From: a virus
DNA length: 64,000 bases
Reading direction: 5' to 3' (one strand)
IMG/VR virus record: IMGVR_UViG_3300032116_000155
Location: 3,461 to 67,460 of that record
Below the pieces are notes generated by a model, which was not told where the DNA came from, searched no databases, and worked only from the letters and a program-made list of their open reading frames with translations. This document shows positions 1 to 9,510 of the stretch, piece by piece (positions within the stretch are counted from its first letter, which is position 1; every line of letters starts with the position of its first letter). Position numbers and translations under genes: made by a program.

Positions 1-14
1 TTAACAAATTGCCA

Positions 15-821
15 ATGAAAAAAGCATTAATAGGTTTATCTAATAATATAGAAAATAACTTTCAAAAAATAAAAAATTGGGCTTTAAGCTTTAAAGAACA
101 CTCTGATGCTGACATAATTTTATTATGTGCAAATTCAACAAATGATGACTTGCAAAAAGTCTTAAATTTAGGGGTAATAGCTATTCCCGTAGTAATAGAA
201 GACACTTGGTTCATAAACCATAAAAGATTAATAAAAACTGCTGAATATATTAGAGATTGCAAATATGAATTAATCTTAATAACAGATGTTTTTGATGTTA
301 TTTTTCAATCAGATCCTTTTTCTAGATTAGATACATCTTACGATATCTTTGTTGGAGGCGAAGGAATACTTGTTAGTGACGAACCTTGGAACTCTGATAA
401 TATCAATAAGTTATTTCCTCAGGATTATGCCAAATGTACAAATACTGAAATTATTTGTTCAGGAGTTATCGCCGGTAAAAAAGAACCTTTGGTTGATTTG
501 TTAATGAATATGTATGAGTTGTGCGAAAATTCATCAAATAATCACAATATAAAAGACCAGGCAGCACTAATTGTTTTGTTCTCTAAAAATCTAATTCCAA
601 ACATTAAGCTGATGACTCTAAATGATTGTTGGGCTGTTCATTGTGCTGTCGCCGGACCTACTCAATTTTTCGAAGCTTGGGGCTTTAAACAAAAATTAAG
701 ATATAAAATTCCTCATCTTAAAGACGGTAAAATTTATTCTGACGAAAAAACGTTTGATATTGTTCACCAATTTAATAGGATCCCAGAATGGAATGAAATA
801 TTAACTAAAAAATATGAATAA
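15..821 (+). CDS. GT-A-fold glycosyltransferase-like protein
   Basis: ORF 9..821 (first ATG at 15). DxD-like ITDVFDVIFQSDPF, ICSGVIAG, late DQAAL and IVHQFNR motifs typical of nucleotide-diphospho-sugar transferases. First of three overlapping GT-like ORFs. Confidence 0.7.
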   Translation: MKKALIGLSNNIENNFQKIKNWALSFKEHSDADIILLCANSTNDDLQKVLNLGVIAIPVVIEDTWFINHKRLIKTAEYIRDCKYELILITDVFDVIFQSDPFSRLDTSYDIFVGGEGILVSDEPWNSDNINKLFPQDYAKCTNTEIICSGVIAGKKEPLVDLLMNMYELCENSSNNHNIKDQAALIVLFSKNLIPNIKLMTLNDCWAVHCAVAGPTQFFEAWGFKQKLRYKIPHLKDGKIYSDEKTFDIVHQFNRIPEWNEILTKKYE

Positions 822-1572
822 TACTTGTTACGGTGCTTGCTTTACACCTGAGACATATAAAGCTTACATTGATTGGTGGAGTAATTTCCCAAAAGAAAAA
901 AAATTAAATATTATCTTAGATAATTCTAGACTGCAAAATATAGAATATGAGTCTTTTCAATATACCGAAAATGATATAAGGTATAACTTTAATTTTAAGC
1001 ACGGTGTTAGTCGTGGCCACTACTGGAATCATCATGGTAATCGCAATATCATTTGGTTTTATGCTTATTTAAGGATGATTAACTTTTATATTAAGAATAA
1101 AGATTATGATTATTATTGGTTTTTTGATGATGACGTATACTGTAACAACTGGGATTTATTTCTTTCCGGGTTTGAAAATGACAATACTGACTTCTTGAGC
1201 TATTTTCTCTTTAAAAACAAAGATGTTTTAGCATACAATAATGTACCTATGGTAGATAATAAAATGCATTCAGGGGGAGACTGGTTTTCTAGGTTTCCTG
1301 GGCATACAGATACATTAGAACCAAATAGCACACAATTATTCGGATCTTTTTTTGCTATTATTAGATTTTCTAATAAGGCATTAGAACATATTGTTAATTT
1401 AACAGAAAAAGATTATTTTGGTTACGGTGAAGGCTTTGTTCCAACATCATTAGCGAATGTCAATATGTCTATGGGATCCATATTTAATCCTGATAATACA
1501 TCAAATTATTTTGATGTTAATAAAGTAAATGTAACACATAAAAATCAAAAAATAACTTGGGAATGGCTATGA
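814..1572 (+). CDS. putative glycosyltransferase (GT-A, DxD)
   Basis: YDYYWFFDDDV motif followed by DFL, RFSNKAL and EGFVPT. Overlaps both GT-like neighbours. Confidence 0.6.
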   Translation: MNNTCYGACFTPETYKAYIDWWSNFPKEKKLNIILDNSRLQNIEYESFQYTENDIRYNFNFKHGVSRGHYWNHHGNRNIIWFYAYLRMINFYIKNKDYDYYWFFDDDVYCNNWDLFLSGFENDNTDFLSYFLFKNKDVLAYNNVPMVDNKMHSGGDWFSRFPGHTDTLEPNSTQLFGSFFAIIRFSNKALEHIVNLTEKDYFGYGEGFVPTSLANVNMSMGSIFNPDNTSNYFDVNKVNVTHKNQKITWEWL

Positions 1573-2357
1573 ATAAACCTGTAATTGTTACAGCATTATA
1601 TGATATTGGAAGAGATAACTGGGATAATTTTAAAATGTCTTACCATACGTACTGTTGGTGGATGCGTAATACATTATCCATCGATAATAATATAGTTATA
1701 TATACAGAAGAAAAATTTGTAAATGATATCGAAACGTATAGAAAAGAGTTTGACCCACAATTAGTAAAAACTAAAATTATTGTAAATGATTTAAAAGATC
1801 TTGATGCGTATGTAATTCACTACAATAAATTAAATGCATTAATGAATGATTCATTGTTCAAATCTAAAGTTAGCTTTCCAGATGTACCTGAAATGTGTAA
1901 GCCATTATATAATATTATAATGTTCAATAAGATATATTTTATACATGAGGCAATAAAAAATAATTATTTCGAAAATGATTGTGTTATATGGGCCGATGCT
2001 GGGGGATTAAGAGAGGATGTTGATCATTATAGAGGTAGTAATTGGCCTAACTTAGATAAGTTATCTAATATGCCTGAAAAAATAATATTTTTTAGTCATA
2101 ATAACGATTTCACAATACATGATAAAGAATTTTATTCTATGTCTCAAATACGTAATTTACAAGGCACTTGTTTTATTGTGCCATCAAAATATATATCATT
2201 TCTAATAGAAGAGTTTAATAAAGCTGTTGAATCGTCTATTTTATCTGGATTTATTGGTAGTGATGAAAAAATGTTCGATATTTGCTACATAGAAAATAAA
2301 GATATGTTTTATCTTATAAAATCTTCATGGCGAGAATATTTTGATATTTTAAAATAA
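1569..2357 (+). CDS. HtrL/YibB (WlaTC)-family glycosyltransferase
   Basis: N-terminal VIVTALYDIGRDNW, YNIIMFNK, WADAG and late SDE motifs match the HtrL/YibB pattern. ATG at 1569 overlaps the upstream TGA (ORF track starts at 1557). Confidence 0.7.
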   Translation: MNKPVIVTALYDIGRDNWDNFKMSYHTYCWWMRNTLSIDNNIVIYTEEKFVNDIETYRKEFDPQLVKTKIIVNDLKDLDAYVIHYNKLNALMNDSLFKSKVSFPDVPEMCKPLYNIIMFNKIYFIHEAIKNNYFENDCVIWADAGGLREDVDHYRGSNWPNLDKLSNMPEKIIFFSHNNDFTIHDKEFYSMSQIRNLQGTCFIVPSKYISFLIEEFNKAVESSILSGFIGSDEKMFDICYIENKDMFYLIKSSWREYFDILK

Positions 2358-2379
2358 AAACGTATGATATTTATATCAT

Positions 2380-2760
2380 ATGGAATTTTTTATAAAAAAA
2401 AATGCGACATTACCATTATTAGTCATGCAAGTTATTAAGCATGACAAATATGACCATGATGAATTTATGAATATGATTGAAACGTCAACCATATTATTCA
2501 CAATGGTGAATGTCGACACAGGCGTGCCCAAGATATCATCAAAGGCAGCTAGTTTTGTTTCAAAGACCAACGTTGATAATAATTCACCTATAGAATATTA
2601 TATATATTATAAATTTAATAAAAAAGAAACCAGTAAAATTGGCCGATATGAAGGTCAATTTTTATTAAAAAATTCTAATGGAGAATTAATTGTACCAATA
2701 AGCGATAAATTATTTATAAATATACAAGATAGTTTTATAACAGATAATCCATGTTGTTAG
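2380..2760 (+). CDS. small beta-sandwich virion protein (BppU N-terminal-like)
   Basis: FFIKKNATLP ... YYKF...T..IGRYEGQF pattern resembles BppU-type Ig-like domains. TATTTAT 5 nt upstream. Confidence 0.45.
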   Translation: MEFFIKKNATLPLLVMQVIKHDKYDHDEFMNMIETSTILFTMVNVDTGVPKISSKAASFVSKTNVDNNSPIEYYIYYKFNKKETSKIGRYEGQFLLKNSNGELIVPISDKLFINIQDSFITDNPCC

Positions 2761-2810
2761 TATTTTATTACTATTTATGATATTTATATTAAAAAAACAA
2801 TAGAAACGAA

Positions 2811-3290
2811 ATGGCAAATTCTCGTAAATATTCACTAACAAATACAGGTTCAACTCTTTTATACTTTAGTTATGTTAGAAGCTCAGATCAAATGGTGTTT
2901 GATCAAGTATGCCTTAATCCTGGCGAAACTAAAAACATTTGGTTTATTGATAATACATTTAAAACTGCAAATCAATTAAGTGATTTTGTCATTGTTGATT
3001 ACGGACCTTTCCCGACAACGCCAACACCAACGGTCAGTCCAACTCCAACAGCGACACCAACGGCAACGCCAACACCAACGGTTAGTCCAACTCCAACAGC
3101 AACACCAACGGAAACGCCAACACCAACGGTCAGTCCAACTCCAACAGCTACGCCTACGGAAACTCCAACAGCTACGCCTACAGAAACTCCAACAGCTACG
3201 CCTACGGAAACTCCAACAGCTACGCCTACGGAAACTCCAACAGCTACGCCTACAGGAACTCCAACACCAACACCTACACCAACGCCATAA
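2811..3290 (+). CDS. virion decoration-like protein with C-terminal Pro-Thr (mucin-like) tail
   Basis: About 65 aa globular N-terminus, then about 90 aa of [16 protein letters not shown] repeats. TATTTAT upstream, terminator downstream. Confidence 0.6.
   Translation: MANSRKYSLTNTGSTLLYFSYVRSSDQMVFDQVCLNPGETKNIWFIDNTFKTANQLSDFVIVDYGPFPTTPTPTVSPTPTATPTATPTPTVSPTPTATPTETPTPTVSPTPTATPTETPTATPTETPTATPTETPTATPTETPTATPTGTPTPTPTPTP
3013..3287 (+). repeat. coding tandem repeat, 24-nt unit ACTCCAACAGCTACGCCTACGGAA (TPTATPTE) plus TPTPTVSP units
   Basis: Directly visible tandem copies, near-identical from about 3138 to 3257. Confidence 0.9.
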
Positions 3291-3310
3291 TTTTTATGGC
3301 ATAAAAAATA

Positions 3311-3347
3311 AAAAAAAAGAATTGGCTAGTGTCAATTCTTTTTTTTT
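3311..3347. terminator. intrinsic terminator, probably bidirectional
   Basis: A-run AGAATTGGC-TAGT-GTCAATTCT T-run. Confidence 0.75.
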
Positions 3348-3362
3348 ATATATTTATTTGTT

Positions 3363-3986
3363 ATGAAATTACTTAATATTTTAAATACTCTGTTATTAGA
3401 AGACGCTAGTAAAACTAAACCTGGTGATGTTACCATAGAGGTTACTTTTACTGAACACCAGAGTGTTGATCGTCAAGGTGTTATTAGTTATAATGAAATC
3501 TTACAAAAAGCCAAGTTAAATAAAGATAAAGTTGAAAGAATAGAAATTAGGCCCGGTATTTATGATACTAGAAAATTATTACCAAGTAAAGCCGGTGTAC
3601 CTAATAATAAGTTAAAAGAAATTATTTTAGATAATGAGGAAGAATTCGCTAGACAGTATTTAAGATTTACTGTTGGTAGAGATAAGATCATACCAAAAGA
3701 CAGATACATTAAATTTTATTGTGTGTATTATGACAAAAATTTAGAGTTATTTTTAGATTTTATAGTTAGATTTGTGGCTAAAAATCATGAAAGAACTGAT
3801 ATTGTGGCTGAAATTATAACTTCAGCTTTCTCATATTCTGGTACATATTTTGATCATCGTAGAACATTCGAAGGGGCTGACGTTTATTATTTGATAAATA
3901 GAAATGAGACAATGAATAACTATACTAGATTTAAATTCCCAAATCAGATAAACCCAAAAACAACCATAAAAATAGCCTCATCTTGA
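3363..3986 (+). CDS. hypothetical protein with LLLE-type N-terminal leader
   Basis: 207 aa ORF, no recognisable domain. Begins MKLLNILNTLLLE. TATTTAT at 3351-3357. Confidence 0.6.
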   Translation: MKLLNILNTLLLEDASKTKPGDVTIEVTFTEHQSVDRQGVISYNEILQKAKLNKDKVERIEIRPGIYDTRKLLPSKAGVPNNKLKEIILDNEEEFARQYLRFTVGRDKIIPKDRYIKFYCVYYDKNLELFLDFIVRFVAKNHERTDIVAEIITSAFSYSGTYFDHRRTFEGADVYYLINRNETMNNYTRFKFPNQINPKTTIKIASS

Positions 3987-4012
3987 CAATACAGACCTAT
4001 TCAATTATTGAT
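3983..4012 (+). promoter_or_regulatory. putative host-RNAP (early/middle) promoter of DNA polymerase
   Basis: TTGACA (3983-3988), 17 nt, TATTGAT. Same layout as the promoter before SSB, but the -10 match is imperfect. Confidence 0.45.
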
Positions 4013-4043
4013 TTACGGTTATTAACCGTTTAAACTATTAATT

Positions 4044-6764
4044 ATGGTCAGTCAAGAAGATGTTAAGAAATTTTTGGAAGGAAATGATGATGAAGAATTT
4101 ATTGTATCAGTAGAATTTGACTATAAAACAAATTCAATTTACAAAATTAAGGAAGATCCTAAAAAAGGTAAAATTGTTGTAAAAGATAGTTTTGTACCTT
4201 TTGCTTGGGTTGGCAATTTAAAAAACGCTAATTTCTATAAATCTTCAAAAGAAGAACAGAAAAAAGCAATTTCTGAGCATGGTATTATAATTGAAAAGCT
4301 AAGAACGGATAACGAGCCTAGATTGGAATCCGGACTAAAGTATATTGTAAAATCTACTAAGGGATATAGGCATCTAATTCAATTCTTTAAAGAGGGCGGG
4401 ATAAACCCCTGGAAAAGTGACGAAGTTATGATGTTATCTGCTGAAGAGCAGTATTTGATTTCAAAGGAAAAAAGGCTATTTAAAGGATTCGAGGAATATG
4501 AAGATGTGACCAGGTTGGTATTTGACTTGGAAACTACCGCATTGGAACCAAAAGATGGTCGTATATTCATGATAGGTATAAAAACCAATAAAGGGTTTAA
4601 AAAAGTTATTGAATGTTCTGATGAAGCTAGTGAGAAAAATGGTATAATTGAATTTTTCAATATTATAGACGAAATTAAACCTTCTATTATTGGTGGATAT
4701 TACTCATCAAACTTTGACTGGAAATGGATTGTAGAAAGAGCTAAAATACTAGGTGTTAGTATTAAACAATCTTGTCGGGCATTACATCCAGATATGACAT
4801 TATCTGTCAGCGAAAAAAACCTCAAATTGGGTAATGAAATCGAACCTTATAACCAATATACCTTATGGGGTTACAGTATAATTGATATTAACCATTCGGT
4901 AAGAAGGGCACAAGCTATTAATTCAGATATTAAAAGTTCTGGTCTTAAATATATTACAAAATATATTGATGCTGAAGCAAAAGATCGTGTCTACATTAAT
5001 CATGAAGATATTGGTAGGATATATAATGAGAAAAAAGAATATTGGCTAAATACTACAAATGGTAACTATAAACTAGTTGGTGATCCTAAGTATCAGGATT
5101 TAGATATAAAGTTTCCTGGTGTTTATGTTAAAGTCACTGGTGATAATTTGGTTGAGAGATATCTTGATGACGACTTGGAAGAAACATTGTTGGTCGATGA
5201 TGAATTTAGTCAAGCATCATTTTTGCTTGCAAAGTTAGTTCCGTCCACATACGAGAAACTTTACACTATGGGTACGGCTTCTTTATGGAAGCTACTTATG
5301 CTTGCATGGTCGTACAAAAACAAACTAGCTATCCCCGCTAGAATGGAAAAAAAACCATTTGTTGGTGGCTTATCAAGATTATTGAAGGTTGGTTACTCTA
5401 AAAACGTATTAAAACTCGATTTTAGCTCCCTTTATCCGTCAATACAGCTAGTGCATAACATATTCCCAAAGTGTGATATAACCCACGCAATGAAGGCTAT
5501 GTTGAAGTATTTCCGAGATACCCGTATAAAATACAAAGAATTATCGGGATCTTATGCAAAAACAGACGCTAAAAAATCTTTGTCATACGACAGAAAGCAG
5601 TTGCCAATCAAAATTTTTATTAACTCATTATTTGGTGGATTGAGTGCCCCTCACGTATTTCCTTGGGGTGATATGGATTGTGGTGAACAGATCACATGTA
5701 CAGGGAGGCAATATCTTAGGATGATGATAAAATTCTTTATGAAGAAAGGATATGTACCTCTAGTTATGGATACCGATGGTGTGAACTTTTCTAAACCTGA
5801 TGATGTTGATAGTAGAGTTTATGTAGGTAAAGGTTTGAATTGGAAAGTAAAAAGAGATAAGGTATATACTGGTGATAATGCCGATGTTGCTGAGTTTAAC
5901 GACTTATTTATGCGCGGTGAAATGGCTTTGGATACAGATGGAACTTGGCCAGCGTGTATCAATCTAGCTAGAAAGAATTACGCTGTTATGGATTACAAAA
6001 ACAAGATAAAGCTAACTGGGAATACGATAAAATCTAAAAAATTGCCGCTTTATATTGAAAACTTTTTAGATAAAGGTGTTACTTTACTTCTTAAGGGTGA
6101 AGGTAAAGAATTTATTGAGTGGTATTACGAATATGTTCAAAAGATTTGGGATAAAAAGATACCTTTAAAAGAGATTGCTCAGAGAGCAAAAGTAAAGTTA
6201 AGTATTGAAGATTATTTGAAACGCTCGACAATGACAAACAAGGCTGGAAATACCATGAGTAAGATGGCTCATATGGAATTAGCTATATATAATAATATCT
6301 CGGTAAACCTTGGTGATGTGATTTATTATGTAAATAATGGTACAAAACCTTCTCATGGTGATGTTGTTAAAGTTAGTAACAAAAAAAACCCTGAAGAATC
6401 TGGCATTAAAATAAATTGTTACATGTTAAATAAAGATGATATTGAAAATAATCCAGACATGTTAGGTGAATATAATGTGCTAAAAGCGATATCAGTCCTA
6501 AATACACGTATTGAGCCACTATTAGTTGTATTCAAATCAGATGTTAGAGATACGCTATTGGTTAATGATCCGGCTAATAGGATGTTTTATACCAATTCAC
6601 AATGTGAACTAATAAATGGCCAGCCTTTTGAACCTAAAGATCAAGATACTCTAGAAGAGGTAATGACACCATCAAATCTAGAATTAGATTTCTGGGCAAG
6701 GGTTGATGTAAATTTGGACTATATGTATGAGTTAGCTTCCGATGATTGGAAATCATTCGTATAA
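4044..6764 (+). CDS. family B DNA polymerase with 3'-5' exonuclease
   Basis: ExoI FDLETT, ExoII YYSSNFDW, motif A LDFSSLYPS, motif B KIFINSLFG, motif C MDTDG, RKNYA. Confidence 0.95.
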   Translation: MVSQEDVKKFLEGNDDEEFIVSVEFDYKTNSIYKIKEDPKKGKIVVKDSFVPFAWVGNLKNANFYKSSKEEQKKAISEHGIIIEKLRTDNEPRLESGLKYIVKSTKGYRHLIQFFKEGGINPWKSDEVMMLSAEEQYLISKEKRLFKGFEEYEDVTRLVFDLETTALEPKDGRIFMIGIKTNKGFKKVIECSDEASEKNGIIEFFNIIDEIKPSIIGGYYSSNFDWKWIVERAKILGVSIKQSCRALHPDMTLSVSEKNLKLGNEIEPYNQYTLWGYSIIDINHSVRRAQAINSDIKSSGLKYITKYIDAEAKDRVYINHEDIGRIYNEKKEYWLNTTNGNYKLVGDPKYQDLDIKFPGVYVKVTGDNLVERYLDDDLEETLLVDDEFSQASFLLAKLVPSTYEKLYTMGTASLWKLLMLAWSYKNKLAIPARMEKKPFVGGLSRLLKVGYSKNVLKLDFSSLYPSIQLVHNIFPKCDITHAMKAMLKYFRDTRIKYKELSGSYAKTDAKKSLSYDRKQLPIKIFINSLFGGLSAPHVFPWGDMDCGEQITCTGRQYLRMMIKFFMKKGYVPLVMDTDGVNFSKPDDVDSRVYVGKGLNWKVKRDKVYTGDNADVAEFNDLFMRGEMALDTDGTWPACINLARKNYAVMDYKNKIKLTGNTIKSKKLPLYIENFLDKGVTLLLKGEGKEFIEWYYEYVQKIWDKKIPLKEIAQRAKVKLSIEDYLKRSTMTNKAGNTMSKMAHMELAIYNNISVNLGDVIYYVNNGTKPSHGDVVKVSNKKNPEESGIKINCYMLNKDDIENNPDMLGEYNVLKAISVLNTRIEPLLVVFKSDVRDTLLVNDPANRMFYTNSQCELINGQPFEPKDQDTLEEVMTPSNLELDFWARVDVNLDYMYELASDDWKSFV

Positions 6765-6794
6765 AAAAAATGGGCGATTTATTCGCCCATTTTT
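6763..6794. terminator. bidirectional intrinsic terminator between convergent genes
   Basis: AAAAATGGGCGA-TTTAT-TCGCCCATTTTT. Confidence 0.8.
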
Positions 6795-7117
6795 AATCCA
6801 TCAGAACTAATAATATACCAATTTCCAGAGCAAAATGCGAACTCTACACAAGAACCTTTATCGAGTAGTATTTCATCAAAATCCTCATCAATTTTACCTA
6901 CATTAGGTATTATTAATACCTGGCTTAAAGCTTTAATTGAAATCTTATCTGTTGTTGAGCCATCTAATATAATTTTAGTTGGCTCATTATTTTTTACAAT
7001 AACTATACCCTCACCTCTAGTCCTAAACTGTTGTTCTGAAACAATTGCGATTTCTGAGGTTGTTATTAACTTTCCATGTATTATTCGTTCTGATGGTATA
7101 TTTCTAATAATTGCCAT
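6779..7117 (-). CDS. small beta-rich protein, probably structural (neck operon)
   Basis: 112 aa ORF immediately downstream of the neck gene. Alternating hydrophobic beta pattern ending GNWYIISS. Confidence 0.55.
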   Translation of the reverse strand: MAIIRNIPSERIIHGKLITTSEIAIVSEQQFRTRGEGIVIVKNNEPTKIILDGSTTDKISIKALSQVLIIPNVGKIDEDFDEILLDKGSCVEFAFCSGNWYIISSDGLKMGE

Positions 7118-7118
7118 A

Positions 7119-8231
7119 TTAAATTACATATATTTGTCTTTGCATTGGCCTATATTTTAATGATCTATTTAGATTTTCGGCAATAGATGCCTCTCTTTCC
7201 ATCATTTTTTCCGGCCTTAATCTTTCTAATTTTTGAGTTAATTCCTCTATTAGTTTACTTCTTTCATCTCTTCCTTCTGTAAGTAATTTATCATAGTCCA
7301 ATGTCAATTCTGTATCTGGAGTTTTTAATGATCCGCTATATTTACCTCTAACTCTACCTAATGTTTCTTTACATAATCCGATAAAATACCTTCTAACCCA
7401 CTGTTGAGATGGATTATTAAGATCTTCCCACGACATTTCATCTATAGGTACGTCTGACGGTAATTTAACAATGTCTGGATTTGATTTTAAACAACTGTCT
7501 CTATCTTTACCGTCAACATCATAATACCAGTACCATACTTTTCCATTATAGAAGTTAGAGCTACCAAAATCGAATTTACCTCCAGGTGTATTCATTAAAT
7601 GGACCATCTTTTTACCGTCAGGTAGTGCGGTGATTCTATACGTTAAATCTGAAGCTATAATTCTTCTTTGTATATTTATTTCCTGCATTCTCAATAACAT
7701 ATCAAATGCTGGCATTAGGAAATATGATCCACTATATCCTATTTGTGAATATCCCCCAGGTCCGCCAAGGCCTGGCCCCCCCATAACACCGAATGACCAA
7801 GGATCGAAAAGGATATTAGTTAACTCAGCCGGAGTAAACCATAACAATTCATTAATTTCTCTTCCCGCAGGTATTTCGTATAATTGTTGATTCCGTTTTA
7901 ATTCGATAAAGTCTTTTTTTAATTCCCAATCACCACCGGCTTGTAATCCTACGATCTTAGAATAGGCATAGGTGTATCTAGTCTCATAATCAATGCTTCT
8001 GGATATGAAAGCTCTAGATAAAGATTGTTCGTCAAGATTAAGATTTTGTAGTGCTGCCCACTGTGACTCTATTAACCAATCTTGTACGTACTGAGAGTAA
8101 TCTCCAATGGCTAGTTCCATTAGAGAATCCATCATTTCATCTTCTAATTCAATACTACGTAATGGAAATCCAAGTAAGTGTTTTATTCGAGTATATAAAG
8201 TTGTTCTTTGTGGTTCAGAAATTCCAGCCAT
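7119..8231 (-). CDS. neck / head-tail adaptor protein (T4 gp13-like)
   Basis: IKHLLGFPLRSIELEDEMMD...AI N-terminus and WVRRYFIGLCKETLGRVRGKY...LLTEGRDE C-terminus match the gp13 pattern. Confidence 0.75.
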   Translation of the reverse strand: MAGISEPQRTTLYTRIKHLLGFPLRSIELEDEMMDSLMELAIGDYSQYVQDWLIESQWAALQNLNLDEQSLSRAFISRSIDYETRYTYAYSKIVGLQAGGDWELKKDFIELKRNQQLYEIPAGREINELLWFTPAELTNILFDPWSFGVMGGPGLGGPGGYSQIGYSGSYFLMPAFDMLLRMQEINIQRRIIASDLTYRITALPDGKKMVHLMNTPGGKFDFGSSNFYNGKVWYWYYDVDGKDRDSCLKSNPDIVKLPSDVPIDEMSWEDLNNPSQQWVRRYFIGLCKETLGRVRGKYSGSLKTPDTELTLDYDKLLTEGRDERSKLIEELTQKLERLRPEKMMEREASIAENLNRSLKYRPMQRQIYVI

Positions 8232-8258
8232 AATTTGTCTATTATAGACAATAAATAT

Positions 8259-9020
8259 TTAGTATATTATTATTTTTCTGCGTCTATTTCTAATGTCGCT
8301 AGGCCTTCTATAGTTTTCATTGACTTTTTGACCAGTTTTAAGTAAAAAAACATCTTCAACAAAATCCCAATCAACTACTTTCCAAAAGTTTTTAATATAC
8401 ATGTCTCTTCTATTTTTATATTTTAAATAGTAAGCATGTTCCCATAAATCTAGCCCAAGTAACGGATACCCTTGTTCTTCAGATGTATCCATAAGGGGAT
8501 TATCTTGATTTGTTGTGGTGACTATTTTAAGTTTTTTGTCATCATTAATTATTAACCAAACCCAACCAGATCCAAATTTTGATTTTGCCTCAGCATTAAA
8601 CACTTTCTTTAATTCACCTAATGACCCGAATTCTTTTTCAATTGCTTTTAAAATGATACTACCAGGTTTTTTTTCTGTGGGGCTTAGCATCTTCCAAAAT
8701 AATGCGTGATTAAATGCACCACCAGCGTTATTCCTGATATTATCATCATATTTTTTTATGTTTTTAACAATATCTTCCAATTTAACATCATCAACATTTT
8801 TTTCAGATAGGGCAAGATTAAGTTTTTCAACATATCCTTTGTAATGTTTATTATAATGAACATTCATAGTTTCTGGATCTATGAATTTTTTAAGTGATGT
8901 ATATGCGTAAGGTAATTTATCTATACCGATTTTTTTCATCTCATTAATAAAAAATTTTTTATGTTCGTAAACTAACAATTCTCTTTTTAATTGTCTTAAC
9001 TCTAATAATAACTTTTCCAT
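8259..9020 (-). CDS. sod: Fe/Mn superoxide dismutase (Mn-type signature) with N- and C-terminal extensions
   Basis: LPYAY, HYNKH, NAGGAFNHALFW, FGSGWVWL, NQDNP and DLWEHAYY, with all four metal ligands present. The GG plus NQD pattern is Mn-type. Confidence 0.95.
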   Translation of the reverse strand: MEKLLLELRQLKRELLVYEHKKFFINEMKKIGIDKLPYAYTSLKKFIDPETMNVHYNKHYKGYVEKLNLALSEKNVDDVKLEDIVKNIKKYDDNIRNNAGGAFNHALFWKMLSPTEKKPGSIILKAIEKEFGSLGELKKVFNAEAKSKFGSGWVWLIINDDKKLKIVTTTNQDNPLMDTSEEQGYPLLGLDLWEHAYYLKYKNRRDMYIKNFWKVVDWDFVEDVFLLKTGQKVNENYRRPSDIRNRRRKIIIY

Positions 9021-9029
9021 AACCTATAG

Positions 9030-9052
9030 TATTTATATTATTATTATAAATA
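9030..9052. promoter_or_regulatory. oppositely oriented pair of TATTTAT motifs between divergent genes
   Basis: TATTTAT on + at 9030-9036 and on - at 9052-9046, inside the 36-nt gap between sod and ORF 9057. Confidence 0.55.
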
Positions 9053-9056
9053 CAAT

Positions 9057-9503
9057 ATGAAAGTTATTTTAACAGAAAATCAACTAAGATATCTATTGGA
9101 ATTAAGTGCCGATGATGTTTTTACTTTATTGATGTACAATACTGAGATATTAGATTGTCATCGATATAATGATTATGAGTTGTGTTTACTTAGTAATCCT
9201 AACATTTTTGAATATCCACAAATAGCATTAACGTATAAGAATCAATCAATATTAAATGTTGCTGATAAAGACGAGGTTTTAAATACTGATAACACATTAA
9301 TCACAGTATTTAGAAAATATTTTGTAAAAATAATAAAAAAATGGTTGGTAAAATACGATAAACTTTTTGTTGCATCACCTTCATTAAGGAAAACAAAAAT
9401 TTATGCGAGAGTATTAAATAATTTTTTTGATTTGAACCCAGTTAAAAGTTATAAATTCAATAATGCTGTAGCTTACTATACAGTTATTTATGGATCTAAA
9501 TAA
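9057..9503 (+). CDS. hypothetical protein with MKVILTENQLRYLLE leader
   Basis: 148 aa ORF. The leader contains two L-x-E sites. Confidence 0.6.
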   Translation: MKVILTENQLRYLLELSADDVFTLLMYNTEILDCHRYNDYELCLLSNPNIFEYPQIALTYKNQSILNVADKDEVLNTDNTLITVFRKYFVKIIKKWLVKYDKLFVASPSLRKTKIYARVLNNFFDLNPVKSYKFNNAVAYYTVIYGSK

Positions 9504-9510
9504 CTTATTT

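Noticed and set aside
2980-3366. 128-aa Gln/Arg/Leu-rich ORF
   Set aside because: Alternative frame of the Pro-Thr repeat, and it runs through a terminator.
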